Assembly (NCBI RefSeq): GCF_964355755.1
Contig: NC_092675.1
Span: 16,650,912 to 16,714,911, forward strand
Direction: 5' to 3'
Origin: Antedon mediterranea
Lineage: Eukaryota > Animalia > Echinodermata
Length of the DNA stretch: 64,000 bases
A program made the position numbers and the translations under genes. The notes beneath the pieces are model-generated. The model was not told the DNA's origin. It did no database searches and saw only the letters and a program-made list of their open reading frames with translations. The stretch's first letter is position 1, and every line of letters begins with the position of its first letter. Below, in pieces: positions 28,267 to 40,000 of the stretch.

Positions 28267-30554
28267 GGTAACAGCTTTCAATACTTTATCAGAATAATAT
28301 CAAAATTGTAAAGTTTTTATATTACAAAAATAAAATTGTCATTTTAACGTTTTAAGCCAGCAAAAATGAACATGTGCGACGGCGACATACAAAACGTAAA
28401 ATTGTTTTTCGTATATATGGTACGCCAACGTCGCCAATATTACTTGTTCTTCTATATATAAATTTACGTAAGGGCAAAATTCGGTAAATCGCGCGTTATT
28501 TCTAGAATGTTTACTCGATGGTATATTAAGTTGGTTAGATCTCGGTACTGATTTTAACCACCTGATGTAACCCTGTTTACCAATTAAAAATCAAAAGTCG
28601 GTGAGCAGTCTTAAAGTAACAAGTAAACTGAAATTGCATTTTCTCGAGACCTGCTTATCTAAAAAACTTCATTTTTGTACAAGAAGAGGCAAGTTATAAT
28701 TTGTGATTTGTAATTTTAAAACATAATTTGATTTTATTTACAGGTTTTTTTAATAAGAGTAGTTTTAAAATATTTCTTTTAAAATTCACCCGTTTGTTTT
28801 GGCGTTGCTGTTCTATTGTTAGTCAACTGATACATATTGTTAGTTGAAAGACTGGTTCATAACCATTAAACTAAATTCGCATACACATGCTTGTAGTGAA
28901 ATTAGCCTAAATCACACACAGCATTAAGACATACACAAATATATATGTATTCCCGGAGAAATCTTATGTAGAAGAATATTACAGTAGGTGGAGGTACGGT
29001 ATGCACTCTCTAATCTAGGATAATAAGAAATATTTCTTACAAAAAACGCCGCTCAAATTTTTGACTAAAAAATTGTAATCATTGTTCTTTCTTCAGATAT
29101 AATGCTTTATCATATCAATTATTTTGGTTTAACAATCAGTAGTAAACATTTTGTGTAAATATAGTCTGGCCTACTGTACAGAACAAATAATCATAAACTA
29201 AACTACAGTATTGTAGGCTACATATTTCAGGGTAGGAGCATGGATCTATCTAATATTTATAGGTCCATGGTAGGAGCATCAATTACTCCCTAATTTGACG
29301 CGGCTCACATAGGCCTACTACCTAGCAAGGGATAACGATGCAACATTAAAAGTTAATAGCATACATTGCCTGTTGATATTTTGTATCAATTTTAAAATAA
29401 AGAATTATGAAAATCTGACATGTATAATTTTTGAAATATATGGTCCAAAACATCGTCGTGTTTAGCCACTAACGAAGTAAAAAAAAAATTGCAATTGTAT
29501 GAACTTTAAAAATTACGGGTTTTATATTAGTACAGTAATATATTTTATACCGTATATTAACATTGTAAAATTCAATCAAATATGATATTACATTATTTTT
29601 AATTTATTAAATAAAAAGATTGTTTTTTCAAAGAATTTCAATACAATGTTTTCCCGTGTATTTGACATGCAGTCCTCAGTACATCTTGACTCAAGTCAAG
29701 TTAACCAGGGCGAGAATCCAAAATCGTTCAACCGTGAGGCCTCATAGACTCTCTTTTCCCAGACATTTTTTGGGTCCAGCAACTTGGACCTATCAATTAG
29801 TCGAGTTTACAAAATACCGAAAATGTCAGCCGTAGATAATAAGCTTTCCGCTTGATATAGCTTCTGAATGCGTGGTCCTCTAAGGATATAGCTGGCTAAA
29901 GCCGCGGCACCATAATAAATTGTTAAACATATATATTTTAAAATTGAGAGTATTGTTTCGCAACTTTAAAATATGCTTTGTTATTTCATCATTAATAAAT
30001 CCAAATACTTTTTAAATTGTCTTCAAAACAATGGACTTATGGTTAATTTTTCCCCTACGTTTTTGTGAATAATTTATTTTTTTCGATTCAAGATGAATTA
30101 ATATGATGAGATATTTAAATGACCTATTTAAAAATTTTTGTTAAATTCAGGGAAACGTTTGTATTGACAGTATATTTAAATGAAATTGTTTGTACAATGG
30201 ACATCATATGTGAACGTCGTAAATATAGCTTTATTTCTCTTCCTTTTTGAATGTGCCACTCTGTTGTCTCAGACACAACTTCATATGTTTAACATTTGCA
30301 AAAGTTTTCACAGAAAGCATATATACCTATTCGAGCAGATGATCCCTCAGACTTTTAAAGCCAGATAACATAAATCACTAAAATAAACAAGTTAGAAACG
30401 AAATAGTATTTATCAGTGATTTTTAATTAATATCAATCTTCTGGTAATTCATTATACAAATAGAAAACACATTTGATATTAATACTGCATCAGCCATTGA
30501 AAAAAATAGGATACCAGCCTGATGATCATGCATGTTCCAATTCGTTAACATCAA

Positions 30555-31118
30555 CTATTGAAGCATGTTTGCGTGACTTGTCTCTCTCACTAAAAGTGTA
30601 CGCCTCGTCAAGAATGGCGACGTTTCTGACGCAGGTCTAAATCTAGTCGGATTTGACTTTCGTCCAATAAGCGGACTGTTAGGGCAGCTGCTATGTGTAT
30701 TCAATTCAGGTAAGAAATGCCGTGGTTTTGACGTCGTGGTGCTTTTTATGTCGTCCGGGTTTGATACCACATTCACTTGACCATGATAGTGTGAATATAA
30801 AAATCTTCCTCCAACTGAAATACGTCGATCTTTATGCACAATGTCCTCTGTTAGTCCGTGAAGTATATTTTCTGACGTAGAGTTTACACCATCCAAACTT
30901 GTGGATCGAATCAAGTTGTTTCTATTAATATTCCGGCCTATGAAAACCATTTTAGCATGTTCCACAGCCTGAAGTTTGTGCTTTAATTCCTTCTCAATGG
31001 CTTCTAATTTCTTCCCAAGCTGAATCTGCTCCTGGTTATTTGCCACATGTACATGTTTAGCCGATATAGGACCCTGGTTTAAAACTGGTCTTCGATACGA
31101 GGAATGATGCATTTCCAT
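30555..31118 (-). CDS. Uncharacterised protein (~187 aa), N-terminal coiled coil and Ser/Arg-rich disordered tail
   Basis: 200-codon open frame in AT-rich DNA. Splice acceptor (tttatttag) at 31126-31127 just before the ATG at 31118. Heptad-like QLGKKLEAIEKELKHKLQAVEH. No family recognised with confidence. Confidence 0.65.
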   Translation of the reverse strand: MEMHHSSYRRPVLNQGPISAKHVHVANNQEQIQLGKKLEAIEKELKHKLQAVEHAKMVFIGRNINRNNLIRSTSLDGVNSTSENILHGLTEDIVHKDRRISVGGRFLYSHYHGQVNVVSNPDDIKSTTTSKPRHFLPELNTHSSCPNSPLIGRKSNPTRFRPASETSPFLTRRTLLVRETSHANMLQ

Positions 31119-31396
31119 GCCTTTCCTAAATAAAAATACGGTACATAGCCTACACATAGACCAGCATTGTTTATACTTTATAAATTATCAGTTTTGTATA
31201 TTATCACTGTTTACTTTGTATAGACTGTGAGCTTCTTCATGAATCGTTTAACGATATCACGGGGCATCATCCGATAACATTATTATTAATTGAGATAAGT
31301 TCAAAACATTGTAAATATCTCAATAATTAACCACGTACTATTGATAAACACTGGAACTTCAACTTGCGACACATCGCGGCGGGTGCTGTATATACT

Positions 31397-31742
31397 GGAG
31401 AGTGATGGTGTAATGGTAATATCGGACTAGCATGTGTGATAGGCATTTCGAGGTTATCTGTACCATACTAATTGCATCCTTAGGCAAGATGCTTTACTCT
31501 CATTGTCTCGTCCTTCGGATGGAATGTAAAGCCGTTGGTCCCGTGTACTTAACAGTGCACGTTAAAGAACTTGTTTGGTACACTATTTGAAAAGAGTAGG
31601 GGATCGTCTCCCGGTGTGCTGATCTGGTAGGCGCTGCACTGCTGGCTGCCGTGGGTCCGTGGAGGGCCTAATCCGAATTTCCTCAGTTTCCAGTTAAGCT
31701 TGAGGACAAATATGAATACCTTTACCTTTACCTTTACCTTTA
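31397..31742 (+). mobile_element. tRNA-derived SINE with Deu-domain-like core and (ACCTTT)n tail
   Basis: Degenerate A box head, core tccttcggatggaatgtaaagccgttggtcc..gcacgttaaagaac..gaaaagagtagggg..cccggtgt, tandem hexamer tail. Confidence 0.8.
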
Positions 31743-32052
31743 TTAATGTTCTTTTTCATGAACTTTATTTATTTAGGCCTACCTACTCCTTATACATAGA
31801 ACCCGCGTTTATTTGAACCATTGACTGCGACAGGCCCTATAAAATATCCCATCTTTTAATTTAATTGTTGCATTATCTATATATTTACACATTATGAAAT
31901 AATTATTATAATAATTAATTATTAGCTTATATAAATTGGCTCATTGAAACAAAGGCGTATTTTTAATGCAATTTCGGCGCGTCATAACTAACATTTTATA
32001 TACTGCCCTCAGTTTTATTTAAGATGTAAAATAAAACCCCTTTCGTGTATCC

Positions 32053-32126
32053 GGCGCTGTGGCTTAGTTGGTTAAAGCGCCTGTCTAGTAAACAGGAGAT
32101 CCCCGGTTCAAATCCGGGCAGTGCCT
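32053..32126 (+). tRNA. tRNA-Thr (anticodon AGT)
   Basis: Full cloverleaf: acceptor GGCGCTG/CAGTGCC, anticodon arm CCTGT-CTAGTAA-ACAGG, T arm CCCGG-TTCAAAT-CCGGG, A and B boxes, downstream oligo-T Pol III terminator (~32128-32137). Confidence 0.96.
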
Positions 32127-32494
32127 CTTTTTTTTTAAATTTTTTTTAAAGTGAATTTTTTTCCTGGTGTAATAATTATCATTTCCAATTTTTTGTATGG
32201 TATATTTTTTAAAAATAATATTTAAATTAAGGATCCAATATCCCATTCATCCATGACTGCATCATGTATCCACTGCTGAGGAATAGGAGGGGTGGTGAGT
32301 GTATGAGAAAACAACGCGCCCGAATTTCAGAAAAAAACTAACAAAAGTTCAATACTGATCTAGTTAGCTAAGGTTTTCTTTTCAAGACAAATCTGCGCCG
32401 TTTTGTTTGCACGTCATATGCACTGTATACGTACAAACATATGAAGTCTATTTGATAATGATAATAGTCACTTCCTGTGTGCATTCGCGCACGA

Positions 32495-32677
32495 AAGCTT
32501 GGTTCCCACTAGAACGTAACGCAAGGACGTAAACGCAACGCAAGCGTTTTAACCAATGACAAGCGAAGTTATAGACAGTTAGCAATCACAAGCGAATAAG
32601 CCATCGCTTGTAATTGGTCAATTCACTTGCATTGCGTTACGTCCTTGTGTTGCGTCGCTAGTGGGAACCACGCTTTA
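32495..32677. mobile_element. Harbinger-like palindromic MITE
   Basis: aagcttggttcccactag..cgcaaggacgtaa / ttacgtccttg..ctagtgggaaccacgctt. A degenerate relative lies at ~37915-38040. Confidence 0.8.
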
Positions 32678-33569
32678 TGTCCAAGACGTACGCACCTCAT
32701 GCCACACTGATACAAACAAAAAATGACAAGAAGTTCAAATTAGTGAGGGAACAATCTTTACATTCAAAATGTTAATATTGTAAATTCCATTAAAAGTATA
32801 TACTCTGTCGGTTGATGACTTATAATTAGGCCCTACATGTAGGCTTACAATATTATTGATTAACTCGTCAATATTGCTAATTCAGTATTGTGTGAATAAT
32901 TGGACTATGATACCCTCATGATGAGTACTAAATGAAAAACAGAAGATAAGTTAAATGAATGTAAATAGCGGGGATAGCCAATCGCAAAGGAAATACTAGA
33001 GGTCATGACCTATGATTGAATGAATGAGTGAGTGCTCACAGCACATTCAGTCTGTTCTTATATTGCGTACGCCTTCGTTGTAAAGACAGGATTTAAGTGT
33101 GTACAGTATAGGATTGTATTTGCTGTTCCGCACATAACAACCGATACACCACAGCCTACATATTCGTTCAATGCTTTCATATGCATATTAGGGTATGGCA
33201 TCGATAGCCAAGGTTTGTACATTTTCACGCCTTTCTTCATTTTCATTTCTCTGATATTGGACGAACCACTGTTTTACAAAAAATGCGAGACTTTATTAAT
33301 TTTGCATTGTTTATAATTATATACCGTACCGTCGTATAATTCGCTTTTGTCATTTCGCATCAGGTGGATTTATCGCCGGATTGTCCGATGACTTGTTCCA
33401 ACCTATCTGTGAATTGCTTTTATTTGCCAATTTTACCACAAGAAAGTTTTCTTTTTTCTCTACTAAACAAGGTCCTGTCCACATATTGTCATTGGATTAC
33501 TAATTTACATGAATTATAGGATAATACATACGGAATTTATTTTATGCAGTTAAATTAATTTGTTTTCAG

Positions 33570-33678
33570 TTTTTCGGCAAGGACTCGCACAAGTCCCATT
33601 CTAAGGACGGCGACATGTTCAAGAAAAAAGCATCTCCGTCTGGTGCAGCTTCTTTAACAACGGAATATAATAATTTTG
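33570..33678 (+). CDS. Candidate distal alternative N-terminal exon of PKA-C (ATG at 33615: MFKKKASPSGAASLTTEYNNF)
   Basis: Acceptor tttgttttcag at 33569, open frame across the exon, strong donor G|GTGAGT at 33679 in phase 1, matching PKA exon 2 (G+TG=Val). Confidence 0.55.
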
Positions 33679-35969
33679 GTGAGTAAATTAACAAAATGCT
33701 AATCAACTAACGTAATCGTTTAAAACAAATATTTTTGTAATGAGCACCATTTTTAAAAAGTTTATTTTAAAAGGACTATAAGTAAAAAATTGTCCAATAT
33801 TCCATTGAGCAAGTGATTGTATAGAGGCCCGTTTCTACTGAGCAATTTGGATTTAAATTCCGTATTTTAAAAGAGTTTGTTGCCAACAGAAACAGTTCCA
33901 CTAAAAAGAATCGATTTTCAATCAGGTATTTAAAAAATCGGGTTGATTCCGGACTATCGTCAAATACCGGTTTTTACGACAGGTTTTTCGTGAACCAATT
34001 CTGAAGCAATTTTTAGCTGTAATGCGATCTTTTTTTAAAACCGGTTAGGAAGAAACCCATTCTTTTTGGATTGTTCAATAGAAACTCAAAGGTAGACCTA
34101 GTCAATGCTGATTTGCGTTTGTTTTATACTCTCAATGAACCATTATAGCTTTATGATTAAACCATGATAATTTACTTTTTTTACATAATCTAGCAAGTAG
34201 CAATCACGAGAGGAAGTCGATATTTTAGAGATAACTTTAGCTGTCGTTGTTTGAACAGAAAGATTATTGATTAGTACAGGTATTACAGAACATTTAGACA
34301 CACTATTCAACGATTCGTTCTGTATTCAAATTCAACTTATTACTAATTGACGTTTAATCTTAATTCCATAAGCATGGGGTCTTTGACAAAAAAATCGATA
34401 TGCCTTTCAAAGAAATATATGCGTCGTGTTGGCCACTGGATATTATCCTTTAATAGTGCTTGTTTACAGCTGTTGTAGTGAAGGAAACAAACGATTTTGT
34501 CTGTAGTTATGTGATTCTTAGTATCGGAATCATTGTGAATAAAGGCCTACCCCATCATGACAAATAGGCCTAACCCTATATTTACTACTTCTCAAAGACG
34601 CCCTGCTCCGCCCATGGTTACCATAAGATCACTTGTCACACATTAGTTGCTCCAAATGGTGCACGTATAAAGAATAGCATGGTTTTTGTCAAACTCATCA
34701 TGTAGGCCCTAATGGGCATATCAACATGTTATACTACCGGAGTAAAATATATAACGGATACTTTATAATGGTATTCGGCATCATTGTACAGTATAGAACT
34801 CCTCAGTTTATGCAGACACCCCTGGGACCCAAAAAGTGTTTATTTAATAGGGTGTCCCCTGAAATAAGGTTAGACGTGTTACACCACTGCACTTTGTTCG
34901 CTAAATAGAAAGCGTCACTTTGGTTACCCTGAGGGGTTGACTATTGTTTGTTAGAGCCTACTATCTGCACCTCGTTCGCTTCGCTGGAACGCGTCCCGTT
35001 AATAGGGGTTTTCATAGGCTTCCAAAAGAAAGTGTACCCTTATGACAGTCCCGTATACACTATTTCTTGTCTTGTGCTAACTCAAGATTCAAGAATTCAA
35101 TATTCCATTGATTCTTGTTTGAGACGCTCAAAATAAATTATAATATATCTAAATAATAGCGGATTTAAATTACCTGTGCAGAATTACTATATTATGATAT
35201 TTCCCATTGTCTATTTGAGCAATTTGTACAACGACTAGGCTCCAAATAGCGTCTATTAATACGATTTGAATGACAGAACTATAAGTAGGACTATCTTTCT
35301 TACATACTACACAGCCCGCATATTAATCGATATAATTGACTCAGGCATCGTAGTGTATTACCAAACCTCCTGAACTACTTATGGTTGGTAACAAGTCGTT
35401 GATGGACCGTTCACGCTCATCTACAATGATAATAAAATAAAGCACTGAATCGAGGCTTAGGCATAATGAACATAAATATTTACATACATGAAATTGAAAC
35501 TTTATGCATAAAATACGAGTCTACGATATTTTTTACATAAGTTAGTTACAGGATGAAATATTGAGAATAAAATTGCAGAGGAAAGGACAACAGTTTTATT
35601 TGTAAAACAGGACTAGTTATTAATGTAACATTATAGTTATCATAAAAAATCCTATTTTACAATGAGACGGTTATACTATAATCTGAGACAGATTCGATTT
35701 TGCTGTATAAAATGTCCATTGAGGAAGAATAATCAATTCATTTGATCTTTTCCAATCCGTTTAGCAGTTCGGTTGTTGGTTTATTGTACATTAATGAGAA
35801 ATATTATGAAAGACATGAACCTACGGTGCTATCTTTGTCGGTTTAAACAACAGCAACGTGATGTTCACTAACATATATGAGTCAGTAGAGTGTACGTGGA
35901 AGTGTACGGTATTTCGACCATTTCTCTACAAAATTGTAGCAATTGGTCACTCATATTCCTCGAACCAAT

Positions 35970-36240
35970 CAAAACCACAATCGATGCATGCATCAAGTTG
36001 TCTCTGTTTGACCATGGAGCATAGCTCCATGGTTTGACCGTCAATTTTGATAATTTGATTTCTTTCTGTGTGACCTATCAAAATTGTCTGAATAGATCGA
36101 TACCGATTGGTCATTGTATTATTTTGTTGGATATTGATTGACTTTAATCTCATCTTCTTGACCTTCTGACGCATCCAAATTGATAAGAGAAGTATCAGCT
36201 GTAAACATGTATGTAAGTTCGCTCCCACTGACGGATACCT
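35970..36240 (-). mobile_element. Highly degenerate RTE-like LINE fragment
   Basis: Frameshifted pieces VSVSGSELTY.F.AD and ELCSMVKQRQL resemble RTE ORF2 segments (VSIGG..LRFADD; LL..VKRRKL). Confidence 0.4.
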
Positions 36241-36899
36241 AAAAATGTTGATGTGTTAGGCCTACTCGACTATGGGGCGCCAAAACAGCAACTGTATAAT
36301 GTTTGTTAAACACCCGTAGATGCTTTACGTTACGATGCTTGGCACAATCTGTAGCCTACCCCTGGGCACTAGTAATTGATTGTCAAGGCACGCGTCACAA
36401 AGTCACATGTCTTGTTATATCTTTCCTCTCAGCGTCAGAACATGAGTCGAGCTCGGTTTATATTGTCATTCTAACAAATTAACGTAAAACTTAAAACAAA
36501 AATGATTTCGGATGAACCAAATGACGTCTTCACAAACATTAACATTAGTGTTTGTTGGTGGAATACCGAATACGTACACTACATTACCTATCTTATTTTG
36601 GGGCTACGCAACCGGTATAAGGCAGGAACCAATATCATTTTATTTTGAATATCTGTGTATTAATTACAAAACCACAATCATATCCATATTATGTTTCATA
36701 CATAGGTGGCACTTTTTACAATCAATATGCCAACATGAATTATCATATCAATGTTTGATGCATTTATTATAAGGTGTTTAATGCACATAAAAGACTACTG
36801 TATCACCATCTCCGTCAATGTATTTTAATGAACATAGACTCATTTAATGCACATTATAAAGAAATGCACCATGTGTTTTATGCAAATGCATTTAGAGTT

Positions 36900-37031
36900 C
36901 TAGATGTCCATGTGTTTAGTGCACACACTTACAGAGACTATCCAGTCATGTGAATACACATAAGCCTAGATGTCCATGTTTTTAGTGCACACACTTACAG
37001 AGACTATCCAGTCATGTGAATACACATAAGC
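36900..37031. repeat. Tandem duplication, ~66 bp x2
   Basis: ctagatgtccatgt(g/t)tttagtgcacacacttacagagactatccagtcatgtgaatacacataagc occurs twice. Confidence 0.9.
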
Positions 37032-40000
37032 ACTGTACACGCCAATCATGTCATGTATTATCAACTCATTAGATGTCGTCTGTTTACAATAATATTAAAT
37101 TATGCTCTTGATTCGCTTGCAATTATAGTATGTCCGATGAGTTTGCTCAACACAGTACACAATCAATTGAATAAATAATTTGAAAATCATCAGATAATCT
37201 TAGACTATAATGAAGTAGGTAGACCTACATCCGTCTTTCAATAACGCCATGTAGAGATAGACCATTCTAATTTACTTTTTAATAGGCTTAAGATACTCCC
37301 AAAAATCTGCATTTTTAAAATAATGGTTACAATATTCAAGGAGCAATGTTTGATACCATATTGCCTCAGGGAGACGCTGTGTTTCCATGGCAACGAATAA
37401 CCATCAATTAAACAAAAATCTTATTGAAAGATTTGGACTGAGTCAGCGGAAGCTGCCGGCACTCAAAATTATACCTTTCGTTGAAGCAGCGGAAATGACA
37501 ACACACACCTATTAAATCTAAGTTAAAAATAGGACACATGTCAACTTTGACCCAGCTTTGACACTCAAAATGAGCATTTAAATAGTTCTACTGCTAGGAA
37601 ACTAGTTCTCAAGTGATGAGTGATGGGAGAGAGTATACAAAAATAGCTTATTAACCTTTGGAGTGTGGGTGAACGCCCATAAAGTTAATAGACACGCAAC
37701 AGTTGATTTGCAATCAACTGCCAATGTAATAGTTTCTCGATAATTTAGACAGAAGAAATATTAGCAACCAAATTACCATTATCGGTGCATTGTACGGTAT
37801 CAACGATAATCAACGTTTAAGACACCTTCCCCCCAGCCCAACGTTTTCCCATTATTTGGCGTACCTAATCACATTAGATGCACCAGGTCTATGTATTATA
37901 CTCAACATCCAACTAAAGATTATCCCACTGAGATGAAACTGTAACTGTAATTGCAACGCAAGTTGACCAATCACAAGCGATATTACTCAAACTGTCTTCC
38001 ATTGGTCAACTCGCTTGCGTTGCGTCCTCGTAGGAACCAATCGGGACTACCCGACAGAATAAGAGCTCACTGAAACTGTACAGAAGCCACTCACAATCGG
38101 CGTTATGAAAGCTCTGATTTCGGAAATCAGAATACGGTAAGCGTTCCGGAAGCATATTATTGGCATCCGTTAGTTTTGGACGAAGATATTGAGAAAGTTA
38201 GGTTCGTGTTGGCGAGTGTATCCGATATGAACCACAGAACTCTCATACCAGCAATCGATGCATTGTATTGCCTTTAGTGCCGCATTAGTATGAGAAATGT
38301 AATTTATTATGCATTTTGAGACGAAATAGTTAGGCTATGTATGTTTCTATCGTTAGGCCTGTTTAAACTTAAATATATCTATACATACATTCAACAAGTT
38401 GGTAGTAAGCAAACACTCATTAAACTATTCTGATAATTTAATTCCTGTCTTTAAAATAATATTTTGCGTTTATGTATATATAACGCATATGTAAGATAAT
38501 TGTTCTCAAATACAAACGCAGCGCTATATCAATTTAAATAATATATGAACATGTTATACTATTGTCAAGGCAAATAAACATGAGTAAATTATATAGATCA
38601 GATAGGTAAGCTATCCTCAAAATTCAATAATCAAATATAAAACATAAAGCTCATATTAAGCCTGCATTCTACTGAGAATTGCATAGGATATTAATAACAG
38701 ATCATGGTCACACGGGAATAGATATTATGCCAAATGAGACGTAGTTAACAACACATAAAATGATATAATCACACCGATTTTTAAACAACTGATGCTCTCC
38801 ATAGATTAGAAAATTATGCCGAGGCCCATATGGTTTCAAAGATATGACGACAGAATTAAATAACATTCTGTACAGGATGTGTTGAGTACCACCCTACCGT
38901 GTGTTGTCGTACGCACTTGTAACATAATATTTTTTAACAAATGGAAAGACCATTCTAACGTGAATTTAGGATATTGGGACACATTCGAAGTGATTGGCCA
39001 GCCTTTTACATTTATATTTTCGTAAATATTGAAACCCTTATATATTTAGTTAGTCCACTAGTAAGTTTAATCTCAAAGAAACACCGTTCGTATCCGATTG
39101 ATATAATATTGAATTTCAAAACGTATAGCTACTGGCTCATTGTCATGTTATATAATTTCTTTAAAATACCGGTATTTTATTATTGAAGTGTATTCTTTCT
39201 ACATTTGATCAATGTTACTTCCATTTGTTAATGAATTGCGTGCGTCATGGGCAGCAACTTTGTGGAGGCCTACATGATTGTAAACGGTATAAATTATTGA
39301 GTGTGTCAATTTCTCGGTAGATGCACAGAGATGCGAACTGCTTTAGAAAATTGCATTGTGATTCCACAGAGAAAAAGTACGGCAAATACATTTGAAAATT
39401 GTATCGACGTGAATATAAGACCTATAGTATCTGAATGCCTGTTTATTTTCGGTCCGGATAACACATTAATTGTGATTCAATCAATAGTTTTATATAAACA
39501 ACAGGCAGTTTCTGGTCTTATTAACCCAACATGTAGTGGAATAATGCATATGTTTATTGTTGTTTTGTTCTGCCAAAATCATGTGTAATTAATAGGCAGT
39601 CCATATGTTTTTTTGAATCGAGGACAGTTCTTCTGTGAGCGTTGAACACCAAGTGATAAATAACACCCGTCGTATATATAGATTCATGAAAATCGGTCCT
39701 CTTTTCCCGTTTCATGTGAATTTGTAGCAAGATTAAACATTTTTTCTTTATTTTTAACTAAATGTCAAACAAACACAGATTTCCATTTTAAAAAGCATGG
39801 CATTTTCTGAATAAAAGTGTTGTAATTATAGATGAATATGAATGTACCTCTCTCTTAAGCGATGAAATCAACCGGATTCCCAGTGCTGTATCCCTACATA
39901 GGCCTACTATATTTCCGAGGTAAATAGGAATATTTGGTATTACAGCATATCATTTATAACACATGTGGTGCCTGTATCATGTAAGGTTAGGTTATGTGTT

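Noticed and set aside
35947-36240. Terminal exon of a minus-strand host gene
   Set aside because: Better explained as a decayed RTE-like LINE piece; no partner exons found.
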